Shown here one piece after another: positions 26,359 to 37,926 of a DNA stretch of 64,000 bases. Position 1 is the stretch's first letter. Every line of letters begins with the position of its first letter. The notes beneath the pieces are model-generated. The model was not told the origin of the DNA, did not search any database, and saw only the letters and a program-made list of their open reading frames with translations. A program made the translations under genes and the position numbers. The stretch covers positions 4,222-68,221 of the forward strand of contig CALVNM010000001.1 of the NCBI GenBank assembly GCA_944349735.1, written 5' to 3'. The DNA comes from an uncultured Clostridia bacterium. GTDB taxonomy: Bacteria; Bacillota; Clostridia; Christensenellales; DTU072.

Positions 26359-26492
26359 ATTTTTTATCCGCCGCGCGCGGTTAAGTCGTGCGAAAATTGG
26401 ATGTGCGGAGAAGGTAGTGCACTGACACGAAAATATTCGCTAACGTGCGCGCGTCTTAGTGCGTAAAATTTATATTTAGTCTTTGAAATCAC

Positions 26493-26521
26493 TTGATTAG
26501 AAGAGACTTTTCGGCTATAAT
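26493..26521 (+). promoter_or_regulatory. Sigma-A type promoter for ppdK
   Basis: TTGATT (26493-26498), a 17 nt spacer, then TATAAT (26516-26521), about 45 nt upstream of the ppdK ATG. SD AGGAGA at ~26553. Confidence 0.6.
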
Positions 26522-26566
26522 ATTAACCGCTAAACAATACAAAAAAGTTTCACAGGAGATTATTTT

Positions 26567-29185
26567 ATGACACAGTTCGTTTACTTGTTCAGAGAAGCCG
26601 ACGGTAAAGACAAAGCCAAGTTCGGCGGTAAAGGCGCGAACCTTGCCGAGATGACCAAGCTCGGTATGCCCGTTCCTCCCGGACTTACCATTACGACCGA
26701 GGCTTGCACCCAGTATTACAAGGACGGCAAAAAGATCAACGACGAGATCCTTAACCAGGTTTTCGAGAAGCTCGCCGTTCTCGAGAAGGAGACCGGTAAA
26801 ACTTTCGGAGACGTCGAGAATCCTTTCCTTGTTTCGGTAAGAAGCGGCGCGAGAGCTTCGATGCCCGGAATGATGGACACCGTTCTCAACCTCGGTCTTA
26901 ACGACGTGAGCGTCGTAGGACTTGCAAAACTCACCAACAATCCCCGTTTCGCTTACGACTGCTACCGCAGATTCATTCAGATGTACTCCGACGTCGTTGT
27001 CGGCGTAGGCAAGAATTTCTTTGAAAAAGTTATCGACGAGCTTAAGAAAGAGAAGGGCATCGTACTCGATACCGAGTTCACGGCGGAAGACCTTCAGGAG
27101 CTTATCGCAAGATACAAAGCCTTCTACCGCAGCGAAATGGGAGAGGACTTCCCTCAGGATCCCAGGAAACAGCTTGTCGGAGCGATCGAAGCCGTTTTCC
27201 GCAGCTGGGATAACCCCCGCGCCATCGTTTACCGCCGTATGAACGACATCCCCGGTGACTGGGGCACCGCCGTTAACGTACAGTCGATGGTATTCGGCAA
27301 CATGGGAGAAACTTCCGGAACGGGCGTTGCGTTCACCAGAAGCCCCACGAACGGCGATAAACATCTTTACGGCGAATTCCTTATGAACGCCCAAGGCGAA
27401 GACGTCGTTGCCGGTATCCGTACTCCTTCGCCCATCGATCATCTCAAAGAGACCAATCCCGCCGTTTACGAGCAATTCCTCGACATCTGCAGCCGTCTCG
27501 AGAATTATTTCCACGACATGCAGGACATGGAGTTCACCATCGAACGCGGCAAGCTCTATATGCTCCAGACCCGTAACGGCAAACGTACCGCTCTTGCGGC
27601 TATCAATATCGCCGTCGATCTCGTTAAAGAAGGACTCTGCACCGAGGAAGAAGCTCTGCTTAAGATCGAGCCGAAACAGCTTGACGATCTTCTGCATCCC
27701 ACTTTCGACAAAGCGGCTCTCAAGAAAGCCGAACCCATTGCGGCAGGTCTTCCCGCTTCCCCCGGCGCCGCTTGCGGTAAGATAGCGTTCAGCGCCGAAG
27801 AGGCTAAAGAGCGCGCCAAAGCGGGCGAGAAAGTCGTTCTCGTAAGGGTCGAGACCTCGCCCGAGGACATCGAAGGAATGCAGGCGGCGCAAGGTATCCT
27901 TACCGCTCGCGGCGGACTTACCTCTCACGCGGCGGTCGTCGCTCGCGGAATGGGCGCTTGCTGCGTATGCGGATGCGCCGCGGTCGAGATCTCCGAGGAC
28001 GGAGAGACCTGCATCATCGCCGGTAAGAAATTTACTAGAGACGACGTTATTTCCCTCGACGGCTCTACCGGTAATATTTACGTAGGCGCTATCCCCACCG
28101 TCAAGCCCGAGATCACCGGCAATTTCGCCACCGTCATGGGCTGGGCGAATAAATATCGCAAACTTCAGGTCCGCGCCAACGCCGACAACCCGAGAGACGC
28201 TTCCGTAGCGTACGACTTCGGCGCTCAGGGCGTAGGTCTCTGCCGTACCGAGCATATGTTCTTCGAAGCGGAGAGAATCCCCGCAGTGCGCGAAATGATA
28301 GTCGCTTCCAACGTCGAGCAGCGTAAAGCCGCTCTTGCGAAGCTTCTCCCCATGCAGAGACAGGACTTCATCGGCATCTATAAAGCGCTTCACGGCTATC
28401 CCGTGACCATCCGCTTCCTTGATCCGCCGCTTCACGAGTTCCTTCCCACCAAGGAAGAGGACATCCGCGCTCTCGCCAAAGAGATGAATATTTCTTACGA
28501 GCAGCTCCTCGAGACCGTACACAATCTCCATGAGATGAACCCGATGCTCGGACATCGCGGCTGCCGTCTTGCAGTGACTTATCCCGAGATCGCAGAGATG
28601 CAGACCCGTGCCGTTATCGAAGCCGCCATCGCCGTCAACAAGGAAGGCGGAAACGTCAAAGCCGAGATCATGATCCCGCTCGTGGGCGACGTCAAAGAGC
28701 TTGCTTATGTCAAGAAAGTCGTCGTAGACACCGCGGAAGCCGTTATGGCTGAGCAGGGCGCGAAAGTGGAATACATGGTCGGAACGATGATCGAGATACC
28801 GCGTGCGGCTATCACCGCCGATCAGATCGCCAAGGAAGCGGAGTTCTTCAGCTTCGGTACCAACGACCTTACCCAGATGACGTTCGGCTTCAGCCGTGAC
28901 GACGCGGGCAAGTTCCTCGGCGATTACTATTCCAAGAAGATATTCGAATCCGATCCCTTCGCAAGACTCGATCAGACCGGCGTAGGCGAACTCGTCAAAA
29001 TAGCGGTTGAGAAGGGCAAGAGCGTTCGTCCCAATATCAAACTCGGTATCTGCGGCGAACACGGCGGCGATCCTTCGACTATCGAATTCTGCCACAAAGT
29101 AGGACTTAACTACGTATCCTGCTCTCCTTACCGCGTACCGATCGCCATACTTGCGGCGGCTCACGCGGCTATCAAAAACAAGTAA
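26567..29185 (+). CDS. ppdK: Pyruvate, phosphate dikinase
   Basis: 872 aa. N-terminus FGGKGANLAEMTKLGMPVPPGLTITTEAC, phospho-His region GGLTSHAAVVARGMG, PEP-utilising C-terminal domain (CRTEHMF, GICGEHGGDP). Confidence 0.97.
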   Translation: MTQFVYLFREADGKDKAKFGGKGANLAEMTKLGMPVPPGLTITTEACTQYYKDGKKINDEILNQVFEKLAVLEKETGKTFGDVENPFLVSVRSGARASMPGMMDTVLNLGLNDVSVVGLAKLTNNPRFAYDCYRRFIQMYSDVVVGVGKNFFEKVIDELKKEKGIVLDTEFTAEDLQELIARYKAFYRSEMGEDFPQDPRKQLVGAIEAVFRSWDNPRAIVYRRMNDIPGDWGTAVNVQSMVFGNMGETSGTGVAFTRSPTNGDKHLYGEFLMNAQGEDVVAGIRTPSPIDHLKETNPAVYEQFLDICSRLENYFHDMQDMEFTIERGKLYMLQTRNGKRTALAAINIAVDLVKEGLCTEEEALLKIEPKQLDDLLHPTFDKAALKKAEPIAAGLPASPGAACGKIAFSAEEAKERAKAGEKVVLVRVETSPEDIEGMQAAQGILTARGGLTSHAAVVARGMGACCVCGCAAVEISEDGETCIIAGKKFTRDDVISLDGSTGNIYVGAIPTVKPEITGNFATVMGWANKYRKLQVRANADNPRDASVAYDFGAQGVGLCRTEHMFFEAERIPAVREMIVASNVEQRKAALAKLLPMQRQDFIGIYKALHGYPVTIRFLDPPLHEFLPTKEEDIRALAKEMNISYEQLLETVHNLHEMNPMLGHRGCRLAVTYPEIAEMQTRAVIEAAIAVNKEGGNVKAEIMIPLVGDVKELAYVKKVVVDTAEAVMAEQGAKVEYMVGTMIEIPRAAITADQIAKEAEFFSFGTNDLTQMTFGFSRDDAGKFLGDYYSKKIFESDPFARLDQTGVGELVKIAVEKGKSVRPNIKLGICGEHGGDPSTIEFCHKVGLNYVSCSPYRVPIAILAAAHAAIKNK

Positions 29186-29228
29186 TCGTTGAGAACTTGT
29201 TAGGATGAACTGAAAGACTTAAAATTGC

Positions 29229-29262
29229 GGGGCTGTTTCGGCGCAATACCTGAAACAGCCCC
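29229..29262 (+). terminator. Candidate terminator after ppdK
   Basis: 11-bp stem GGGGCTGTTTC (29229-29239) / GAAACAGCCCC (29252-29262) with a 12 nt loop, followed by an A/T-rich tract (GAAATTATAATTA). Confidence 0.5.
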
Positions 29263-29321
29263 GAAATTATAATTATGGATTTTCTCGCGGGCGTCGCCCG
29301 CAAGAAAGCGGGGAAGGTAAA

Positions 29322-30311
29322 ATGAAAGAAGATTATCTTAAATTCGAGGCTGAGTATCTTTCTCCTTACGCGGTGAAATCTGACGAGACCAAAGGGCGCG
29401 CGGTATGGGAAGAACCGTGTCCTTTGAGAACGGAATTCCAACGCGACCGAGACCGTATCGTGCACAGCAAATCTTTCCGCAGACTGAAACACAAGACGCA
29501 GGTCTTCCTTGCGCCTTCCGGCGATCATTACCGTACCCGCATGACTCATACCATAGAGGTCATGCAGATAGCGCGCACCATAGCTCGCTGTCTCAGGCTT
29601 AACGAGGATCTGACCGAAGCGATAGCTTTCGGACATGATCTCGGACACACTCCTTTCGGACATATAGGCGAAAGGATACTCGCCGCGGAAACGGGACATT
29701 TCGAGCATAACGAACAGAGCTTGAGAGTGGTCACCGTTCTCGAGGACGAAGGCAAAGGGCTTAATCTTACAGCCGAAGTCCTTGACGGAATTCTCGAGCA
29801 CAAGCAAAGCGGGCACCCCGGTACGCTCGAAGGTAAAGTCGTCGCGTTAAGCGACAGGATTGCATATCTCAATCACGACATCGACGACGGGATACGCGCC
29901 GGACTGCTCAGAGAAGAGGACCTTCCCGCTTCCGTCGAAAAGGTACTCGGCAAAGGCAAACGCGCCAAGATCAACAGCATGGTAGGCGACGTGGTACGTA
30001 TGTCTTTGGACCGCGATACCGTGGAACAGTCTCCGGAATTCAAAGAAGCCACCGACGAACTGCGCAAGTTCATGTTCGACAGAGTTTACTTTGCAGAACA
30101 CGCTTCGCAGGAAGAGGAGCGCGCGAGGGAATGGCTCAGCAAACTTTACGAATTCTACCGCGGGTCGCCTTTGGAAGTACCCGAGTTTTACCGCTCGTTA
30201 TCGACGGAACCGGAGGTATATATAACCGATTACATGGCGGGAATGACGGATACATACGTCATCAAACAGCTCGAAAAATATTTCGGCTATAAATGGGACA
30301 GCGCATTATGA
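29322..30311 (+). CDS. dgt: dGTP triphosphohydrolase-like HD-domain protein
   Basis: FQRDRDRIVHSKSFRRLKHKTQVF, DHYRTRMTHTIEV and GHDLGHTPFGH, typical of the short dGTPase family. Confidence 0.88.
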   Translation: MKEDYLKFEAEYLSPYAVKSDETKGRAVWEEPCPLRTEFQRDRDRIVHSKSFRRLKHKTQVFLAPSGDHYRTRMTHTIEVMQIARTIARCLRLNEDLTEAIAFGHDLGHTPFGHIGERILAAETGHFEHNEQSLRVVTVLEDEGKGLNLTAEVLDGILEHKQSGHPGTLEGKVVALSDRIAYLNHDIDDGIRAGLLREEDLPASVEKVLGKGKRAKINSMVGDVVRMSLDRDTVEQSPEFKEATDELRKFMFDRVYFAEHASQEEERAREWLSKLYEFYRGSPLEVPEFYRSLSTEPEVYITDYMAGMTDTYVIKQLEKYFGYKWDSAL

Positions 30312-32548
30312 ATTTACTCGACGATCTCAATGACGTTCAACGCGAAATAGTTCAGGATACGGAAGGCGCGGTACTCGTGCTTGCGGGAGCAGGCTCGGGT
30401 AAAACGCGTGTGCTTACGAGAAGAGTGGCATACATAGTAAGCGAACGTCACGTTCCGGGCTATAATATCCTTGCGATCACGTTCACCAATAAAGCCACGG
30501 CGGAAATGAAAAACCGTCTCGACGCTCTGCTCGGAGAGGAGAACGGTGTGTGGGTGTCCACATTCCACTCGTTTGCCGCGAAGATTCTGCGCCGGTACGC
30601 CGCTGACATAGGGTACGGTTCAAATTTTTCCATATATGACGAGAGCGACAGTAAGCGCATGATTATGAAAGCGCTCCGAGAACTTCACCTCGACGGATCG
30701 GCAATCAAGGACAGCGTGCGCGAACATATAAGCAAAGCCAAGAATCTCGGATTCGATCCGCAGAGTTATTTCGAAGAAATCAACGGCGTCAACGAATATG
30801 CCGAAGACATAAAGCATGTTTTCGAAAGATACGAAGAGCTGCTCGTTTCCTCCAATGCCATGGACTTCGACGATCTTCTCCATAAACTTAAATTCCTTTT
30901 CGAAAACAGCGAACAGGCAATCGGGTATTGCCGTAACCGATTCCGTTACATACACGTGGACGAATTCCAGGACACGAACAAGGTGCAATACGAGCTCGTA
31001 AAGATGATATCCGAAGGCTCGGGGAATATATTCGTCGTGGGCGACGACGACCAGAGCATATACGGCTGGCGCGGAGCGGAGATAGGCAACATCCTTAACT
31101 TCGACCGCGATTTTCCGGGAGCAAGGGTACATCGTCTCGAGGAGAACTACCGATCTACCTCTGCGATACTGGACTGCGCCAACAACGTGATACGCAACAA
31201 CAAGTCGCGGCACCAGAAAGAATTATTCACTAACCGCAAAGGCGGCGTGCGCGTAGAGTATTTCAACGCCTTCAACGACAGACAGGAGAGCGAATGGGTA
31301 GTCGATAAAATAGGTACCCTGATAAGTTATAACGGTTACCGTAAAAGCGATTTTGCTATACTCGTCCGCGCCAATTCTCTGACGCGCCTTTTCGAGCAGA
31401 AGCTCGGCGAAGCGCATCTTGCGTATAAAGTTATAGGAGGTTTCAAATTCTTCGACCGTAAAGAGATCCAGGACGTCGTGGCGTATATGAGGATGATAGC
31501 CAACAGCCGTGACAACGAAGCGGTGGAGCGCATCGTCAACGTCCCGGCGAGAGGTATAGGCGAAGCTACCGTGAATGCCGTAAGCGAATTTGCGCGCAGA
31601 GAGGCGATACCTCTTTTCGACGTTATGCTCGAGATCAACAAATACGACGACGCGCTCGGATCGCGCATAGTCAGGAAAGTCGAAGATTTCCGTTCACTCA
31701 TAAGCGATCTCTTGGCTCACGCCGACGATCCCATATACGGTTTCGCTAGATACCTCGTGGAGCGCGTCGGATTTGAGAAGTATTACACGTCTTCCGGTAC
31801 CGAAGAAGATTACGCAAGGTGGGAGAACGTCAAGGAATTCCTTAATTACGTAAGAGAATACGAGGATAAGAACGAGGGTGCTACGGTCACCGATTTCCTC
31901 GAGAGCGTCAGCCTCGTGCGCGAGAGCGACGAAGAGCTTGAGGATAACGACAAGGTGACGGTCGCCACGATGCATGCGGTCAAAGGTTTGGAATTCAAAG
32001 TAGTATTCATCGTGGGTTGCGAGGAAGAGACTTTCCCTTCTGCGCAGGCTATCAAGATCAACGACGTGGAAGAAGAACGTCGCGTTATGTACGTCGCTAT
32101 CACACGCGCGAAAGACAGATTGTATATTACCAACGCGCAACGCAGATTCCGGTATAACCGCGTGGAGTATCTTATGCCGTCGCGCTTCGTGGACGAATCG
32201 CGCGGAGGGGGCGGGGACTCGTACGGCGCGTTTTCGGCGCGGAACAATTATATCAACGGATTAGGCGATAGACCCGATTTTCTCGGCGGTTCTTCGGATG
32301 TAAGCAGGATAAGGCATTCCGCCGCAACTCAGCCCGCACCGCGTCCGCAACAGCCTAAACCTCAGGAAACCAAGGATCTCAGCGGTTTCGTGGGCGGCGC
32401 ACACGTAATACATCCGCGTTACGGCGAGGGTACGATTCTCGTCGTCCTCGGCTCCGGGAACGATACTACGGCTACGGTGGCGTTCCCCAAGCTCGGAGTC
32501 AAAAAATTCATTCTCGCTCTTGCTCCGCTCACGCTTAAGAAGGATTAA
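30308..32548 (+). CDS. pcrA: ATP-dependent DNA helicase PcrA/UvrD
   Basis: MNLLDDLNDVQREIV, AGAGSGKTRVLT, TFTNKAT, DEFQDTN, VGDDDQSIYGWRGA, ENYRST, and a C-terminal Tudor-like tail. ATG 30308 overlaps the dgt stop (ATGA). Confidence 0.95.
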   Translation: MNLLDDLNDVQREIVQDTEGAVLVLAGAGSGKTRVLTRRVAYIVSERHVPGYNILAITFTNKATAEMKNRLDALLGEENGVWVSTFHSFAAKILRRYAADIGYGSNFSIYDESDSKRMIMKALRELHLDGSAIKDSVREHISKAKNLGFDPQSYFEEINGVNEYAEDIKHVFERYEELLVSSNAMDFDDLLHKLKFLFENSEQAIGYCRNRFRYIHVDEFQDTNKVQYELVKMISEGSGNIFVVGDDDQSIYGWRGAEIGNILNFDRDFPGARVHRLEENYRSTSAILDCANNVIRNNKSRHQKELFTNRKGGVRVEYFNAFNDRQESEWVVDKIGTLISYNGYRKSDFAILVRANSLTRLFEQKLGEAHLAYKVIGGFKFFDRKEIQDVVAYMRMIANSRDNEAVERIVNVPARGIGEATVNAVSEFARREAIPLFDVMLEINKYDDALGSRIVRKVEDFRSLISDLLAHADDPIYGFARYLVERVGFEKYYTSSGTEEDYARWENVKEFLNYVREYEDKNEGATVTDFLESVSLVRESDEELEDNDKVTVATMHAVKGLEFKVVFIVGCEEETFPSAQAIKINDVEEERRVMYVAITRAKDRLYITNAQRRFRYNRVEYLMPSRFVDESRGGGGDSYGAFSARNNYINGLGDRPDFLGGSSDVSRIRHSAATQPAPRPQQPKPQETKDLSGFVGGAHVIHPRYGEGTILVVLGSGNDTTATVAFPKLGVKKFILALAPLTLKKD

Positions 32549-32577
32549 CGCATCGGCGGACGGAAAAAGTGTTATAA

Positions 32578-34575
<1,998 letters not shown>

Positions 34576-34623
34576 TTTTTCTTAAACGCTTTACACTTTG
34601 CGCGCGTGCGGTATAATATCCGT

Positions 34624-35601
34624 ATGCGCTTGGGTAAGCTTACCGGTAAAGAACTCAAAGACTACGTTTTGTCCAATATATCGCGCCGTAGGAAGGAAGT
34701 GATCGCTTCCGCAGCTCTCGGCGCCGATTGCGCGCGCATTGCGCCATGCGGAGATATACTTGTCCATACCGATCCCATCACGGGCGAAGCCGTTAATATA
34801 GGATCGCTTGCAATAGAAGTCAGCGCGAACGACATCATAGCCGGCGGCGGAGAACCTCTCGCTTTTCTCATAACCCTCATACTTCCCGAGACGTCCGACA
34901 TAAGCGACGTCGACAGGATAATGCGCGACGCCGAAAGAGAAGCCGCGGCATGGGATGCGGAAATAGTGGGCGGTCATACAGAATTCACCGACGCGGTAAC
35001 GCGTCCCGTCGTGAACGCGGTAGCGATAGGGAAAGCGGTTGAAGGCTGGAAACCGCATAAGCCCGAAGTCGGCGATCGCGTGATTGTCACAAAAACGCTT
35101 GCGATAGAAGGCACCGTATTGCTCGCCGATATGTATTCAGAGAAACTCGGCCTCGGCGTAAGCGATCTTGCGGAGCTTGAAATATACCGTAAGAGTACAG
35201 GAATACTTCCCGAAGGAAGGGCGTTACGCTTAGCGGGAATATCCTGCAACATGCACGACGTAACGGAAGGCGGCATATTCGGAGCTGCGTACGAGCTTGC
35301 TCACGGCTACGGAATAGGGATCGCGTTAGATGCGGAGAAGATACCCTTCGGAAGCTTATCCCTCAAGGTGTGTTCTGCTCTCGGTGCGGATCCGTACAGA
35401 CTTATTTCTAGCGGAAGCATGCTTATAATAGCTTCGGACGCGGACGCCGTTCTGGAAGCGCTTGCCGCTCACGGTATTAAAGGCACCGTCGTCGGCAGCG
35501 TTACGGATGGGGAAGGACTTACCGTAAGGTATCCCGACGGACGCGAAGAATTTACCGATATAAGCGCGGACGAATTATACAGATTCAAAGGAGAGAACTG
35601 A
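34624..35601 (+). CDS. AIR synthase-related (PurM/HypE-like) family protein
   Basis: GADCARI...DPITG...VSANDIIAGGGEPLAF...IVGGHTEF and the C-terminal domain are typical of the PurM-like superfamily (HypE/ThiL-like). Specific function is not assignable. ATG 34624 has no SD, and TATAAT (34612-34617) lies 6 nt upstream. Confidence 0.65.
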   Translation: MRLGKLTGKELKDYVLSNISRRRKEVIASAALGADCARIAPCGDILVHTDPITGEAVNIGSLAIEVSANDIIAGGGEPLAFLITLILPETSDISDVDRIMRDAEREAAAWDAEIVGGHTEFTDAVTRPVVNAVAIGKAVEGWKPHKPEVGDRVIVTKTLAIEGTVLLADMYSEKLGLGVSDLAELEIYRKSTGILPEGRALRLAGISCNMHDVTEGGIFGAAYELAHGYGIGIALDAEKIPFGSLSLKVCSALGADPYRLISSGSMLIIASDADAVLEALAAHGIKGTVVGSVTDGEGLTVRYPDGREEFTDISADELYRFKGEN

Positions 35602-35603
35602 AT

Positions 35604-36485
35604 ATGGCTTCTGATATTTACAGCATGACCGGATACGGTAAAGGCGTAGCGGAAAAAGACCTCCGTAAAATTACCGTCGAGATCAAGACGGTCAACCACC
35701 GTTTCCTGGATATTCTGTTTAAGTTTCCGCGAAATTTCCAGTTTGCGGAGACGCCGGTAAGAGCTACGATAGGCGGAGCGTTGAAGCGCGGTCACGCCGA
35801 CGTTTATCTCAATTACGAGGATAACCGCGTGTCGGAAGGCGTCAGTCTCAACGAAGAACTTGCCGCCGGATATAAAAAGCTCGGAGAAAAGTTCGCCGCT
35901 ATGGGCATAGACGACGATCTTACCGCTTCCGCGCTTATTAAAGTGCCTGAAATGGTGAGACAGACGGAGCTTGACAACGACGAAGAGACTTTGCTCGCAC
36001 TCATTACGGAAGCCGCGGACAAAGCCCTCGAAAATTTGCTCGGAATGAGAAGAGCCGAGGGCATAAGATTGGTAAACGACATCCGCCTCAAACTCGACGG
36101 TATAGCGTCCGCCGTCGCCGAGATCAAGACCCGTGCGCCGGAAGTTGCCAAGGAGTATTCCTCAAAGCTGTCTCAGCGTATTTCCGATGCGCTCGGCGAA
36201 GTTGAATTGGATCAGTCGAGGCTTGCTACGGAAGTAGCGTTTTTCGTGGACAGGGCGAATATAGACGAGGAGCTTACGAGACTTGCCAGCCATATTGCCA
36301 ATTACCGCGAGATACTCGACGAAGGCGGCGCCGTGGGTAAAAAGCTCGATTTTCTGACCCAGGAAGCCAACCGCGAAGTCAATACCATAGGCAGCAAATG
36401 CAACGATCTCCGAATCACCAAGCTCGTCCTTCAACTCAAGAACGAAATAGAGATGGTACGCGAACAGATACAAAACCTCGAGTAA
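35604..36485 (+). CDS. yicC: YicC/YloC family stress-induced protein (endoribonuclease family)
   Basis: SMTGYGKG, EIKTVNHRFLDI, and the C-terminal GKKLDFLTQEANREVNTIGSK motif. Confidence 0.9.
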   Translation: MASDIYSMTGYGKGVAEKDLRKITVEIKTVNHRFLDILFKFPRNFQFAETPVRATIGGALKRGHADVYLNYEDNRVSEGVSLNEELAAGYKKLGEKFAAMGIDDDLTASALIKVPEMVRQTELDNDEETLLALITEAADKALENLLGMRRAEGIRLVNDIRLKLDGIASAVAEIKTRAPEVAKEYSSKLSQRISDALGEVELDQSRLATEVAFFVDRANIDEELTRLASHIANYREILDEGGAVGKKLDFLTQEANREVNTIGSKCNDLRITKLVLQLKNEIEMVREQIQNLE

Positions 36486-36556
36486 ACAACGCTCGGCACG
36501 AAACGCGGAGCGAACATATAAAAAAACGAAATCAATCTTTAAGGAGAACATGAATT

Positions 36557-36754
36557 ATGATGATCGATCCTCCCATTGACAAACTTATCGAGAAGGCGCC
36601 TTGCCGTTACGCGCTCGTCGTAGGTATCACCAAGCGCGCGAAAGATTTGCTGGACATGCAGTCCGACGAGCTTGAGAAATCGGGACTCAAAGCGGTGTCT
36701 TACGCGGCGAAAGAGATTTACGACGGCAAGATCAAAGTCGTTGTAAACAAGTAA
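36557..36754 (+). CDS. rpoZ: DNA-directed RNA polymerase subunit omega
   Basis: 65 aa: PPIDKLIEKAPCRYALVVGITKRAKDL. Its position before coaBC matches B. subtilis yloH. Confidence 0.85.
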   Translation: MMIDPPIDKLIEKAPCRYALVVGITKRAKDLLDMQSDELEKSGLKAVSYAAKEIYDGKIKVVVNK

Positions 36755-36755
36755 G

Positions 36756-37925
36756 ATGAAAAAAACGATAATACTTGGAGTTACCGGCGGTATAGCCGCC
36801 TATAAATCCTGCGAAATAGTATCGCGTTTCGTAAAGCTCGGTTATGACGTAAGAGTCGTTATGACGCGCAATGCCACCGAATTCGTCACTCCGCTCACTT
36901 TCGAGACCCTGTCGTCCAACAAAGTCGTGACGGAAACCTTCGACAAAGATCGGGAATTCGAGGTGGAACACATCAGCTATGCAAAACTCGCTTCGGCATT
37001 CGTGATCGCTCCCGCCACTGCCAACGTGATAGGAAAGATCGCCGACGGTATCGCCGACGATATGCTTACGACGACCGTTTCCGCTACGCGCGCGCCCGTG
37101 TACATCTGTCCCGCGATGAATACCAATATGTACACGAATCCCGTGGTACGGGAAAACATCACCAAGCTCAAGAAACTTGGATACAGGTTCGTCGATCCCG
37201 TGGAAGGCAGACTTGCCTGCGGCGACGTGGGAACGGGCAAGATGGCGGAACCCGCCGATATAGTCGCGGCAGTGGACGCGGCGCTTACGCCGCGCGCCGA
37301 TTACAGAGGCAGAACCGTGCTGGTTACCGCAGGGGCTACCAGAGAGCCTATAGACGGAGTAAGATTTATTTCCAACCGCTCTTCCGGCAAAATGGGCATA
37401 CGTATTGCGGAAGCCGTAGCGGAACGCGGAGGAAACGTCATACTCGTCGCGGGTACTTTAAGTACGGATATACCCAAAGGCATGCGCGTCGTAAGAGTTG
37501 GCACCACCGAGGAAATGCGCAAAGCGGTAGTCGAACTTCTGCCCGAAGCGGACGTCGTTATCATGGCGGCGGCGCCCGGCGATTACAAAGTCAAAAATTA
37601 TTCGCCCGAGAAGATCAAATCTCCGCAGCTTACGCTCGAACTCGAGAAAAACCCCGATATAGCCGCCGAAGTCGGCAGGCTTAAAGGGGATAAAAAACTC
37701 GTTGTATTCGCCGCGGAGACCAACGATCTCATCGGCAACGCGATGAAGAAACTCGAGTCGAAAAACGCGGACCTCATGGTCGCCAACGACGTTACCCTCG
37801 AGGGCGCCGGCTTCGACGTGGATACCAATATCGCCACGCTCATCACTTCCGGAGGAGCGGTCGTCGCTTTGGAGAAGATGAGTAAAGCGGAGCTCGCGGG
37901 CGTTATTCTCGATTACGTATATTAG
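36756..37925 (+). CDS. coaBC: Bifunctional phosphopantothenoylcysteine decarboxylase / phosphopantothenate--cysteine ligase
   Basis: ILGVTGGIAAYKSCEIVSRFVKLG, PAMNTNMY, and the CoaB half with ISNRSSGKMG. Confidence 0.93.
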   Translation: MKKTIILGVTGGIAAYKSCEIVSRFVKLGYDVRVVMTRNATEFVTPLTFETLSSNKVVTETFDKDREFEVEHISYAKLASAFVIAPATANVIGKIADGIADDMLTTTVSATRAPVYICPAMNTNMYTNPVVRENITKLKKLGYRFVDPVEGRLACGDVGTGKMAEPADIVAAVDAALTPRADYRGRTVLVTAGATREPIDGVRFISNRSSGKMGIRIAEAVAERGGNVILVAGTLSTDIPKGMRVVRVGTTEEMRKAVVELLPEADVVIMAAAPGDYKVKNYSPEKIKSPQLTLELEKNPDIAAEVGRLKGDKKLVVFAAETNDLIGNAMKKLESKNADLMVANDVTLEGAGFDVDTNIATLITSGGAVVALEKMSKAELAGVILDYVY

Positions 37926-37926
37926 A

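Noticed and set aside
26484-26497. Possible CcpA cre box TGAAATCACTTGAT overlapping the ppdK -35 region
   Set aside because: It lacks the central CG and the terminal symmetry of the cre consensus (TGWAANCGNTNWCA). The match is too weak to call.
26489-29164. 891 aa ORF on the minus strand, the largest in the track
   Set aside because: It is exactly antisense and in codon register with ppdK, whose product is an unmistakable pyruvate,phosphate dikinase. The antisense translation is low-complexity (R/V/F/G-rich) with no recognisable motifs. It is a shadow ORF caused by the absence of TTA/CTA/TCA codons.
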